A model generated the notes under the pieces. It had not been told where the DNA came from. It saw only the letters and a program-made list of their open reading frames with translations, and searched no databases. Below are positions 36,184 through 47,874 of a stretch of DNA of 64,000 bases, one piece after another (position 1 is the first letter of the stretch; every line of letters begins with the position of its first letter). This DNA is from Callorhinchus milii. Taxonomy: Eukaryota. The DNA lies in the NCBI RefSeq assembly GCF_018977255.1, contig NW_024704743.1, forward strand, positions 83,516,001 through 83,580,000, in the 5' to 3' direction. A program made the position numbers and the translations under genes.

Positions 36184-36628
36184 CAACAATAACAACAACA
36201 AGATTGCATTTATAGAGCGCCTTTCACATCGGGAGGACGTCCCAAGGCGCTGGACAGTTGGGTCGGGACCCGAGCAGGGGGGAAATGGTCAGGGTGAGGG
36301 AAGGGAGGGAGCGAGGAGGGGGTAGAGAGTCGAGAGGGGAGCTCAAGGCACAGTTGAAGAGAAAGGTCTTGAGACCGGCCTTGAAGGAGGAAAGGGAGGA
36401 AGCAAGGCGAAGGCACTGGGGGATAGAGTTCCAGAGCCTGGGGGCTGAGAGGCTGAAAGCACGGCCATCGATAGTAGGGCGGTTAGGGCAGGGGATGTGG
36501 AGCAGACCGAAGCCAGTGGAATGGAGGGTACGGGCAGGTAAGTAGGGGGACAGTAGGTCGGAGAGGTAGGAGGGAGCAAGGCCGTGAATGGCCTTGTAGG
36601 TGAGGATGAAGATCTTGAATTCGAGTTG
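36184..36628 (-). mobile_element. Young L2 LINE 3' end
   Basis: EFKIFILTYKAIHGLAPSYLSDLL...APRLWNSIPQCLRLASSLSSFKAGLKTFLF; near-identical to the 57165 and 50718 copies. Confidence 0.95.
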
Positions 36629-36998
36629 AAACAAGTGTGTACTCACAAAATTCAACTCTTCCAATACCTTGTGGCCTGAATTGTGTCTTACCCAATGCCT
36701 TCTACTCTTAACATTCTTGTCCCACAGTGAATTGATTTCAAGCTCCTCAATGTTGCATTCATCTCCCAAACCTGCGCAATCTTCTCTTATGACACTAGTT
36801 TATTACTCAGGCTTGCCTTACTCCCTCTGATACCAGAAGCCAAATATTCAGTTTCCATTCCAATTTCGAAACTATTCCAAAACTACTGTATATTGCAGCC
36901 TGTCTGCTTTGAAAAATACATTTCATAAAATCTTGTTGATCATCACCTCTGAATTCCTCCCACTTCTTGCTCAGTGTTCACAGCTTCTATTAATAAGG

Positions 36999-37435
36999 TC
37001 AGCCTGGCTCAGTTGGTAGGAATCTCATCTTTGAGTCAGAAGGTTATGGGTTCAACCTCCATGTCAGGACTTTGAACTCATACAGTCTAGGCTGACACTT
37101 CAAAGCATTGCTAGGGGAGTGATGCTGCATTAATGGAGGTGCCACCTATTGGATGACAGATTAAAAAAACAAGGTCTGCTCAGGTAGATTTTAAAAATTC
37201 CATGGCACTTCTCAAAAAGAGAAGGAAATTTCTCTCAATGTACTGACCAAAAATCCCCCAGATAAAATTGGTCATTCACATCATTGCTGTTTGTGAGACA
37301 TTGCTGTGTGCAAAATTGGTTTCAATGACTGCCTTCAAAATACAGCCACTGCACTTTCCAGTAAATTCTCTAAAGTATGTTACCACATCCTCCCGATGTG
37401 GAAGCTATGATATGAAACGCACAAATTATTTTATA
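36999..37435 (+). mobile_element. Deu-domain SINE, near full length
   Basis: CAGCCTGGCTCAGTTGGTAG...GAGTCAGAAGGTTATGGGTTCAA head, Deu core and stem-loop remnant. Confidence 0.85.
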
Positions 37436-38390
37436 AGTGGCACAATTATGCACTGTATTACGATTACACCAGTAAGTTTTAGATCAACGGATCAACAAGG
37501 ATTTGTCAAACGCATTTTTGAAAAGATTGTCCCTTTAAGAACTACTTTACCTGTGTCTGCAAAATTACATTCCTGGCACATTGGTCACTTTTGCAAGCTA
37601 TCTTGAAATGTATGTGGACCAAGTGAATTTATTGATCTACATTATCATGTAAATCAAAGTATTTCTGGACAGCCAGACACTCTATAATGCGATTGTACTG
37701 CGAAGCACGATCCAAACCTGAAAAGGAAAAAAATTGCAAAAATCGATGCTAACTAGAGAGAGCTACTATAAAGACATAAGAAAAAGAAGCCTGTGGAAAT
37801 ATTACAATCAGAGATTACAGGATATATGAAATAGATAATTTGTCACATATTGAATTGATACAATAAATTTAATTAAATACTGAAGTAAATTAGTTTAGTC
37901 TCTCTCACACCAAATACTGCAGAAATCCTTAATCATGCTTTTGTTATAACCCATCTAGACGTTTCCATTGCATTCCTTATCGGTCTCCTCAGTTCTACCA
38001 CTCATAAACCCCAGCTAATGCAAAACTTCCTTGCCGGTACCAAACTCCACACTCCCATCACCCCAGTTCTCACCAGGCTCCACTGTCTCTCTGGCTCCGA
38101 AAGATCAACTTCAATATGCACTATCATTGCTACAGGAAGTCAATGTGACCACACAAACCATCACAAGGGCTAATGTCTCCCCAAAATTACCCTGTATTAG
38201 TATAGATAAATTGGAAATGTTCCACAATTAAGCAAACAAAATGTAAAGTAGGCTATTAAGATGCAATGAATAATGCCTTAGGTCCACAAGAATGCTAACA
38301 AACCACTGTAATTGGCTCTGAAGTATCTGGACTATTCTCATTGCTATTGCCTAGACAATCCCAACATGTTCCAAACACCCTCTAGCATTA

Positions 38391-39045
38391 CAATAATACA
38401 ATACAATACAAATTACATTTGTAAAGCGCCTTTCATGTCGAGAGGACATCACAAGGCGCTGAATGGTCAGGGATTAGGGATTAGGCCCCGAGCGAGGGAA
38501 GGGTTGGGATCAGGGAGAGTAGAGGGTAGGAGGGTGGCCAAAGGCACGGTCGAAGAGGAGGATCTTGAGGCATGCCTTGAAGGAGGCAAGGGAGGGAGCG
38601 AGGCGAAGGGAATGTGGGATGGAGTTCCAGAGGGTGGGGGCAGACAGGCTGAAGGCTCGACCACTGATGGTTGGGCGGGCCGGGTGGGGGACATCAAGCA
38701 GGCCAGAGCCTGCTGAGCGGAGGGAGCAGACAGATTGATAAGGGGTTAGCAGGTTGGAGAGGTAGGAGGGGGCAATTCCGTGGAGGGCCTTGAAGGTGAG
38801 GTTGAAGATTTTAAACTCGAAGGGATGGGGATTCAGTGGAACCGGGTGAGGGTGGGTGTGGTGGAGTCACAGAGCCTGGTTCAGGAAAGGACAAGAGCTA
38901 CAGAGTTCTGGATGATCTGCAGCTTGTGGAGGGAAGAGTTGGGAAGGCCGACAAGCAGAGAGTTGGCGTAGTCAACCCTAGTTGTAGTGAAGGCATGTTT
39001 CAGTGGCCTGAAGGGTGAGACAGTGATGGAGTTGGACAATGGTTG
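38391..39045 (-). mobile_element. L2 LINE 3' region, different 3' UTR subfamily, (TTGTA)n tail
   Basis: Homologous to 57165..57800 (CAGAGTTCTGGATGATCTGCAGCTTGTGGAGGG) but with a distinct 3' UTR. Confidence 0.9.
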
Positions 39046-39371
39046 GAATGGAATATCTCTGTTCTCCTGTTTGCAGAGAACAGTGCACTTTTACATCTAA
39101 AAATAGGGTACTGACTTTACTCCTGTGAAGTGCTTTGAGATGCTTTGGCGATACGATAAAGGGCTATATCAAATCAGCAGCAGTCAGATACTCATAAACA
39201 ATCCAAGGTAGCGACTGAACAATTTTGAAAATTCTTATGGAACATTTCACCAAAGTCACAGGATGTAAGTCCTGAAAACAGCCAATAATTCTTGAATGAA
39301 ATTCTATCTTTTTCTAATAGTTTTGATAATAAATTATTGAACCTGTTATGAATTGTTGCATTTTTTACTCC

Positions 39372-39640
39372 TATTTCTTTACACAGAGGGTGGTTAACAC
39401 TTGGAATGGGTTACCAGGAGGAGTGGTAGACAGCCAGGCCCTGGACTCACTAAGCAAAAATTTTGATGTTCCCATGAGAAGATGGTTGGGTTGGTATTCT
39501 GAGATCATTGGAAGGGTATGAGAGGTAATAGGAAGAGGGCATTAGAAGGGGTAAAGGCTCACGTCAAGTACAAATACAATCAAGGACTAGTTGGGCCGAA
39601 TGGTCTGTTTCAGTGCTCTACAGTCTATATAATTCCATGT
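39372..39640 (+). mobile_element. CR1 LINE 3' end
   Basis: TATTTCTTTACACAGAGGGTGGTTAACACTTGGAATGGGTTACCA (YFFTQRVVNTWNGLP) and terminal GGGCCGAATGGTCTGTTTC. Confidence 0.85.
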
Positions 39641-40319
39641 GAAGGGCCAAACCTCTTTGTGATATTGTGAGTTCTGTCGCATGCAGAGTCAACCGCTTCT
39701 GAGTCTGTCACACTGTTTTGCAAATACACTGGTTTGAAAAATGTGGTGTGATGTGAAAATTACCACATCACTTACATCACATCATATGTACTTCACCCCA
39801 CTGTTTGAATTGGTAGGCTCATAAATGTACGTTTTGCTCAAAATTTGCAAAGCAAAGAGTGCAAAAATATGTTTTAAAACTCAGCAGGACTCTTGAGGTA
39901 TATTTTTGTGGATTAGTTCCATTCAATTTGAAATATAGTTTAGACTGCCAACATCACTGAGCCATTGAAAAATGTTGATAAGGATTTAAAAGACAAAAAT
40001 GATTCATAAATCGAATGGTAAAGAAGAGGACTATTTGGAAAGATATATTTTAACAAATCTTTTATATCTTAGTCATACTGACATGCGTGGAACTAAAGAT
40101 TTATTTTGATAAATTTGGACACGTGTTTCAATCATGAAACTATTTATTTACACAGAGGTAGGAATGGGTTATAATAACAATAATTGCTGTATTTGATATG
40201 GTGCTTGTAATGTCAAAATATCTCAAAACGATTCACAGAAAGTTTCTGCCAAGTGTAGTGACTTTAGACAATCACAGTGGCTACTTTGTGCACAACAAGG
40301 GTCCATAAACAGCTATCAT

Positions 40320-41975
40320 AAGAGGTTCGGATCAAGAAGAGTCTTTGGCCCATGTGATCACATCCTTCCAGAATTCCCACCTTACCATCCTCCCATCACT
40401 CCATCAAGCTGTTTTCTAAATTGGTCCAGCATTTTGGCCTCAGCAATCTTTCTGGTAACCTATCCCAGTCTTTAAATGCCCAATGGGTAAATAAATACTT
40501 TCTGGTGTTTGTCTTGGAATTGCACTTTGCAACTCTAAACCTGTATCCTCTAGTTCTGCTGTCTTGGTGTGTTTGGAAAGCATTGTTCTGCTCTTCTTTA
40601 CTTCCCAATCTCGTAACTCTGTGTGGCCTCCTCTGAGATGTCTCTTTTCAAGACTGAAGAGTTCCAGATTGTGCATTCTTCTAAGGCCTATCACCCCCCC
40701 CCCCCCCCATGTTGTGGGGATAAAAATAATAATAATCCTCGCATTTGATATAGCGCCTCATCACATCGTTGAGACGCCTCAAAGCTCTTCACAAAATATG
40801 CTGTAAAGTGAGGTGACTGTATATTTTGTGGAAAAAACATGGCAGCCAATTGCGCACAACAGTGTCCCACAGTCAGCTGTGGATTAAGTGACCAAATTGT
40901 TATTATCTTATTTGTTTATTTATTTGAAGGGATTATTACCTCCGGAAAGCAATCTGCCAATCGACTAACAACCGGGTTCCTACTTTCTGCTAGGTAAACA
41001 GAGGTGTGTGGAGTAAGTGATCAGAACTGTATGCAGTATTCCAGGTGTACCCTGATCAGAACACGATACAACGTTTGAGTATCTAAACTGATTTAACAAT
41101 ATAACCCTGTATGCTCTTTGCTTTGTTTATTTGACAAGGTGAGCAACCATGAGTCAACTAATACTCCAAGATCTCTTTCGGCTTCCCTCTTGGCAAATTC
41201 TGATTTCTTTATGGAGAATATGCGTCTCCTACTTTTACTTTCCAAATGCAGTACCTGGAACTCAAACATTTGCTGGATGTTGGCGGACAGGTATCTTTCT
41301 TGATAAAAATCTTCAGGAACTAATTCTTTAATATGCTCACTATCTCCAGTTTATTCTCTTTTTCAACCTCATCTTTGAATTCCTTAGGGTATTAACATCT
41401 TCCCTGATTATTCTCTTACTGTTATAATATTGGAATAAGTTTTAGACATTTTGTCTTGCATAATACAACCACATTATGTCCCTTTCCAGTTCTCTCTTGG
41501 CTCCCCTAATCGTACAGTTTTGTTTTCAACCCACTGATCATCCATCCACTCCTTTCTCTAAAAAATGTTTATATATCTTTCTCTGTTGAAGTCCTTTTTT
41601 TATTTTTATCCTATTTGGTGTGTTTTCATTTAATTTGCCTTCTTGCACTTGGGTGTATACTTGCCCTGAATGCTCAGCATAATGATTTTTAATGATGGCC
41701 ATTTATCTTCAACTGATTCGTCTGAGAGTATTTCCCAGTCCAGTCTATGGCTCTCAGCTCTCATACCCCTGCAGTTTTCCCACCTAAAGTTGTACACTAG
41801 AATTTGGTTGTAGTCTTTTGGCGTTTCTCAAGTCAAACCGAATATTATTGAGCTGTGATCATTGTCATCTTCTGGATCAACTACCTCTTCTCCCTGTGTC
41901 TGGGTCATTGACTAGAATTAAGTTAAGCAGACAACTGCCCTTGTAGGTTCCTTCACACATTGAGTCAAGATACAG
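40320..41975 (-). mobile_element. Internally deleted CR1 LINE (endonuclease-side fragment plus ORF2 C-terminus), split by a SINE
   Basis: Minus strand: LTQCVKEPTR..LNLILVNDP..DH..VYNFR..MR..LDWE..W (41650..41975); LELFSLEKRHLRG and SRTRGYRFRV..RKYLFTHW..DWDRLP (40400..40690). Confidence 0.8.
40725..41017 (-). mobile_element. Young SINE, long subtype, 5'-truncated, nested in CR1
   Basis: Tail, Deu 3' block and CORE-like linker up to GTGTGGAGTAAG; CR1 sequence on both sides. Confidence 0.9.
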
Positions 41976-42019
41976 CATTGACAAGCTCAAAGCAATGAAG
42001 GGAATAAACAATTTTATGT

Positions 42020-42262
42020 GACGGATTATTGGTGAGGACACTGGAGAAATTTCCTTTTCCTTTTGACTAGTGTGATCTTTAACATCGTAACCCTAACCCT
42101 ACACTGAACAGGTAAACAAGACCTTGATTTAATGTCTTAACCCGAAAGACATCATCTCTAACAATGTTCTGGCCCTCCATTACTGCTTGGTATTGTTAGT
42201 TTCGACCAGGTTCAAGGGGCTTGAATCCACTTTCTGACTCAGAGTGTAAGTTCTACCAACAT
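42020..42262 (-). mobile_element. Deu-domain SINE 5' part
   Basis: AGGACACTGGAGAAAT...GATCTTTAACATC...GGGGCTTGAA...TTCTGACTCAGAG...CTACCAAC. Confidence 0.7.
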
Positions 42263-42309
42263 AATGATTACAAGAAAGGCAGTATGCTGGACTTTATACA
42301 AGTTATCAG

Positions 42310-42670
42310 GATGACTCAGTTGGAAGCCCTCAGTGCTTTGGGACGTCCTCCCGACGTGAAAGGCACTCTATAAATGTAATTTTGTTGTTGTTGTTGTTGG
42401 AGGCCCTCTGGGTTAGAGGATTGTATATTTAATCCCCACGTCAGGACTTGAGTTTGAAATCTAGACAGATATTCCTGTTCAGTATTGGGAGAGTGCTGAA
42501 TTGTCAGAGGTGAGGCGGTCCTTTGGGAGAGATATTAAACTAAGGTCCCATCTATCTGTTGTTCAGTTGGGTGTTAAAGATCCCTATTTCAAAAGAGATG
42601 GAAGTTTCTCCCAAAATAATGCCCAACAATCCTTCAGATAAATTGGTCATTTACTGCATGGTTGTTTGTT
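42310..42670 (+). mobile_element. Deu-domain SINE with a tiny L2 insertion in its tRNA head
   Basis: GACTCAGTTGG | insert | ...CCCCACGTCAGGACTTGAG...GTTAAAGATCCC...TAAATTGGTCATTT. Confidence 0.75.
42332..42395 (+). mobile_element. Minimal L2 insertion: 3' stem-loop plus (TTG)n only
   Basis: AGTGCTTTGGGACGTCCTCCCGACGTGAAAGGCACT...TTGTTGTTG flanked by GTTGGAAGCCCTC (42319..42331) and GTTGGAGGCCCTC (42396..42408). Confidence 0.85.
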
Positions 42671-42729
42671 CAGCTCTGCTGGGGATGGAATTTTGCTGGG
42701 TGTAAAGCAGTTGTCTATAAAATCCTCTA

Positions 42730-43035
42730 TAACAATACAAAATTACATTTGTGAAGTGCCTTTCACATCTAGAGGACATTCAAAGGTGCTGAACAGTCAG
42801 TGATCAGGACCCGAGCGTGGGGGTGCAGGGTTGGAATGAGGGAGGGCAGAGGGGGTAGGAGGGCAGCTGAAGGCACGGTCAAAAAGGCACGGCCTTGAGT
42901 CGTGCCTTGAAGGAGGCAAGAGAGGGAGCAGGGCGAAGGGATTGTGGGATGGAGTTCCAAAGACTGGGCAGAGAGGCTGAAAGCCCAGCCATCGATGGTA
43001 GGGTGGGTCGGACGGGAGTTCTGGATGATCTGCAG
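42730..43035 (-). mobile_element. L2 LINE 3' end
   Basis: CCTTGAAGGAGGCAAG...GGGATGGAGTTCCA...GAGAGGCTGAA, stem-loop and tail. Confidence 0.85.
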
Positions 43036-43634
43036 GAGTTTCCCTAGTATGCTTGACAGTAATTACTGTAAAGTGTTTTGAGATAAGGACTGAGGCACTA
43101 TAAAGATTCAAGTTTGTTTCTGGTTTTTCAAAGTTTGAACAGACTGACAATTTATTCTTTACCCTCATCATAAGGTGCTCCTTGGGAGCCAGCCAATCCT
43201 GTTATAATCCAGTTTAGGTTCAGAAACTATAAAAAGGAAAGTAAAAAATGGCCACTGGTCAGCCCTTCATCAGCTCACTGCTGATGCTATTTCCTTGGCA
43301 AAGTCATGTCAGGGGCATTTCCTGCCCATAGTGCTCAGATGTAGTGTGCAGGAAGTTAAGTTATGTTAGTTTTCTTAGAGCTCATACACAGTGTACATAA
43401 AGTGAGTTTAGCAGCACTTTTTGAACATAGAGCGTATGCACAGCACACAGGATCAATGGCAATCTTTGCGCAGGAAGCTAGCCAGCCAGTTGGAATTACA
43501 AGGATATTATGGATCCACAGTACACCTACAGTTAAAAATAACTTAATACTGTGATGGGAGGACGGTAAGGTAGGTATTCTGGAAGGATGAGATCAAATTA
43601 GTTAAGGGGCTTTCTTCATCCTAACTAATCTTGT

Positions 43635-44014
43635 GGGGTTCTGGGGCTTAGTGCTTAGAGCACTCGCCTCGTAAGTGAGAGGACCTGGGTTCGATTCCTG
43701 GGAATGGCGAAATGTTAGGCATGTTTCCTTACTCTTCATGCCTCCGTTTATCTAGCAGTAAATAGGAAGCTGGTTGTTAGTTAATTGACAGATCGCTTTT
43801 CTGGGGGTAATAATCCCCTAAAAAAACAAAAAAATTTGGTCATGCAATCCACGACTGTTTTTGGGCCACTGCTGTGCGCAATTGGTTGCTGCGTTTTGCC
43901 CACAAAAATATACAGTGAATTCACTTTACGGTATATTCTGTGAAGTGCTTTGAGAAATCTCAAAGACGTGAATAATGTACTTTATCAAATGCAAGGATTA
44001 TTATGGTATTATTA
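43635..44014 (+). mobile_element. Young tRNA-derived SINE, long subtype, full length
   Basis: TTAGAGCACTCGCCTCGTAAGTGAGAGGACCTGGGTTCGATTCC head, CORE-like linker, Deu 3' block and ATT tail. Confidence 0.88.
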
Positions 44015-44329
44015 TCAATAAGTGACCCATGTTAGATCAGGGCACATTATAACAGGGACGCACTATATACTGCTTTACAGCAGTGTTTGTCATTGATAGC
44101 CTTGTCTGGCTCAGTTACTTCTTAAAATGCGGTGAATCATTAGAAAATGAACCTAGGTTTAGTGAATCTAAAGAGATGTCTGGTATGGAGTAGTTACGAG
44201 GTTGAGGGTATCATGGATTGGTGCCTGACGTCCGATCGAATCCTGGCGAACCACTGCTTCAGAGTGAAGTGCTCGTCACAGTTAACATTCCCTCATGTAG
44301 CATTAAACATAACATGAAGGTCAAGTGGA

Positions 44330-44620
44330 CGAAAGCACTATCTATTGAAGAGCGAAGCCACACTAAACAGAAGGCAGCAGGTTTGATTCCGGTGTTGTGC
44401 TGAGTTAGCTGATCTCAATCAGGGGACATTAGAATTTACCTTAGGATCCCTCGGCGATGGATGTGAAAGCAATCAGTCAAGGCGCTTCATCTTGAACTCG
44501 AACAGTGACCCCTGCTGGAATGTACACACATATGGATGCCATTACTGGTCAGAGCTCTATATTGGGAGCAACACTGTAATGGAAATCCAGCATCAATCCT
44601 GCCTTGTGTATTGTTCTCAG
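44330..44620 (+). mobile_element. Ancient SINE-like repeat, second family
   Basis: CAGGTTTGATTCCGG..TGTGCTGAGTTAGCTGATCTCA...AATCAGTCAAGG...CAGTGACCCCTGCTGGAA. Confidence 0.6.
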
Positions 44621-45564
44621 GCCTTTATTGAAAGTAATTGCACAAAAATGGCAATTGACCATATTCAAACAGTCTATTGTTTTTTTTAAAAAACTATAGA
44701 ATTTGCTGTGTGTTTAATTCCCCTATCATCTTGTTGTAAACATGCTTAACTGTGCCTTTTATTATGTAAATAGCTCTTCCTCTTGTGCGCACTACATCCC
44801 CAGGGGGTGCACACTGCAATGGTAAGTCTCTATTAAATCCTGTAATCAGGTTGCAAACATGAAAGGAACATTTTTACTTACCAAATAATCTTTTTTCTTT
44901 TTCTGTGATAAACAGGCGGCAATTGAAGCATTTCTGACAAGACACCTACCTGGCTGGTCCCACGCAAACAGCAACAAAAGCCATCCCTCCCACTCATCTC
45001 TATTCTGCAAAGCTCAAACCTGAAACAGGCCTTAATGTCAATGGGGGTGGAAGCTATTTTTAAAAACAAAAATAGTCTCAAAGCAGTCTTTTGCCCCAAT
45101 TTATTTACGGTACTGTGAAATCTGATAGGTATTTAAATAGAAACTTTTAACTGAATCCTTCAGGTTCTTTTGATCTTGTCCGAGTGTATGTAAGGTGGGT
45201 GACCTGCACCGTTGCTGTGATGTCCTTTCTGATAGTTTTAACAGTGATCAGCACTTCACAAAGAAAGCATCCAAAGACTTATATACTGTGGCTTTATTAA
45301 AGTATAATATGGAGGGCCTCTCCTGAGGCCTGATATTATTTCTTACTGCAAAAAAAGTAAAACATATAAAATCTGCCTGGGTTGCACAATGGTTGAGTGC
45401 AATATTGTAAATCTTCCCAACAGCGTAAGGCTAGCTGGGCTATCACAAAATAGAATATAATATTTCATGAATAGAGCTTAAATTTTGCTGGGTGGCAATG
45501 CCAAATAAACCAAAGTTTCTTATTGGTGTATCTAACCTAAAGCTGATTGCCATTTGTGCATATC

Positions 45565-45699
45565 TGTGTGCAAATTGGCTGCCACATTTTGCTCACAAAA
45601 TATAGTCAATTCACTTTACAGTATATTCTGTAAAGCGCTTTGAGACATCTCGAAGACATGTTAAGCTGCTTTATCAAATGCAAGGATTATTATTATTAT
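45565..45699 (+). mobile_element. Young SINE 3' fragment
   Basis: CAAATTGGCTGCC...AAGCGCTTTGAGACATCTCGAAGACATG...CAAATGCAAGG(ATT)n. Confidence 0.85.
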
Positions 45700-47019
45700 C
45701 TGCATCCAGTATTTTGTTGATAAACAAGCTCTAACAACTCATGCAGCCGCATGGCAGCAGCTCATGATATCCAGGAGTTTGCACATCTTGTGTGCTATCA
45801 TACATCAATACTGTAGCTGCCTGTCTGGAAGGAACAAAGAGGAACAAACGTTCCAGCACCATATGAAAGACTGTGTTGCTTGAGGCAAACCTTGTTAAGC
45901 AAAGACATTGATATTATAAATCAGCCAGATAGTTGCGGTTTTGTGCACACCAGCTGCCGTATTCAAAAACAAACACACGGTTACAACACCTGACAGCGAC
46001 CCATCAACAACAACTTGCATTTATATAGCCCTTCGAGTAGGGTAGCGTCTAGGAGCATTTAACAATTACCTGTGGAGGACTTCAAATCTTATAAGTAGAG
46101 GATCTAAGTAGAGGATTACTATTATTATGATCATGAGATAATCAAATAAAATTGCCTCAGATTTCCACCCAAGCAGAGAATGCAAAACATCACCATGTTG
46201 ATTGCTGATAACGTGCAATGGAGTTAGTGGTGGTAGCAGCGAAAGATAAAGCAGAGAATCTATCCAGCGACTAACACAACATGCCCACAGAGTGAAATGC
46301 AGGCTATACCTAACAATCAAGCAGAAATCCAACACCAGTGTATACTATCCTGAACAAAAGTGATTAGATACACAGTCCTGAATGCCTGGTAGTGAGTAAT
46401 GAGGCAATAATTTGCTCTGGGGATTCAGATACAATCATAAACCTGAAGACCAAAACTCGAGTGGTTTATGAATGTTATACAAACCCTGAGATTAACTGAC
46501 AGCCTTTTAGTCAGATTCAATCATCCAGAAAGATTTATAACAGATACTGTGGTTCAGTAAATGAATATGATGCTAATGACAGTTGAAACTAGAGCTGCAA
46601 TGATGTTGATTTAAGATTGCGAGATTGTCAAATGAGTTTGCAAGACAATATGCTAATGGATTATTTTGTAGTTTGAAACCAGAATTACAAGTATATTAAA
46701 AGTCAAGTAGAAATACACATTCACATTACAATATCAATCTTTAAATGAATTACTGAAGACCGTGATCTCTGGACTTAGACTGGTTGATTTAATAATCTTC
46801 AGTTCCTAGAACATTTGTTCATCCACACAGCACAAATACATTGGCGTGCTCACAGCACACAGCTGTATGTACACAAACACAGACACACAACCCATGGCCA
46901 CAGCCAAATTCCATTCCACCTATAAGTGCATTTTGCTTTAAAATGTAAGATAACAACATCAACTTGCATTTGTATAGTGCTCCTCATGCAGTTTAAATCC
47001 CAGAGTGCTTTGACACAGA

Positions 47020-47200
47020 ATTGTGGAAAATTCTTAAATTCAGTCTTAATTTGCAAATCAGTTTTCCACAGTTCTTAAAAAAAAGGTTTTAAAAATGTAA
47101 CTTTCAGTTTCCAAATTAAAACTGAAATGAAGCATTTTCTACAATTACATGCAATCTTAAATTTTAGAACAAAAGAGTCAAGCTAAGACAAAATGCAAAT
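47020..47200. mobile_element. Palindromic MITE-like element (partial)
   Basis: Inverted core TTCAGTCTTAATTTGCAAA / TTTCCAAATTAAAACTGAA. Confidence 0.55.
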
Positions 47201-47515
47201 TCAGGCTAGAATCCATCCTGAAGAGGTGGTAATAATAGGTAGTTACTTCCAATACATTCATTTCGTTACTAAATCTTTTCTCTTTTATATTAATGTCACG
47301 CCTAATTATCCTTCATTTTGCTTAATTAAACAAAGCTAATATTTTTTATGGTATTATTGCATGCATCAAAACACTGTTCAGTGTTACTTGAAATTATTGA
47401 TGTACAATATTGGGAAGTTACAAGCAAATAAAAATTCTTTAGTGCTACAGGATGAAAAATGCGAATTGTGATAAAAATAATAATAATAATCCTTGCATTT
47501 GATGTAGTGCCATGT

Positions 47516-47874
47516 AATAATAATAATCCTTGCATTTAATATAATGGCTTATCATGTCTTCGAGAGGTCTCAAAACCCTTCACAGAATACATAAAGTGTA
47601 GTGACTGTAAATGTTGTGGACGAAATGCAGCAGCCAATTGTTCCACAAACAGTCGTGGATTGAGTGACCATATTATTACTATTTATTTATTTTGAAGGGA
47701 TTATTAGCCCTGGATAAACGATCCACCAATCGACTAACAACTGGGTTTCTACTTACTGTTAGGTAAACAGAGGCGTGTGGAATAAGGATACTTATCCAAC
47801 ATTTCGCCCTGCCCGGGAATCAAACCCAGGTCCTCTCCTGGCGAGAAAAGTACTATAACCACTACACTACAGGA
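47516..47874 (-). mobile_element. Young SINE, long subtype with variant tRNA head, nested in an older SINE tail
   Basis: Minus-strand head TCCTGTAGTGTAGTGGTTATAGTAC...GGACCTGGGTTTGATTCCCGGGCAGGGCGA; host tail at about 47477..47512, resuming at 47875. Confidence 0.88.

Noticed and set aside
36224..36769. L2 ORF2 apparently reading through the 3' UTR to WDVLP(M/T)* inside the stem-loop (also 55317..55583)
   Set aside because: Sister copies at 50718 and 57165 have 5 extra nt and stop earlier, and the 25296 copy uses another frame. The C-rich UTR is simply poor in stop codons.
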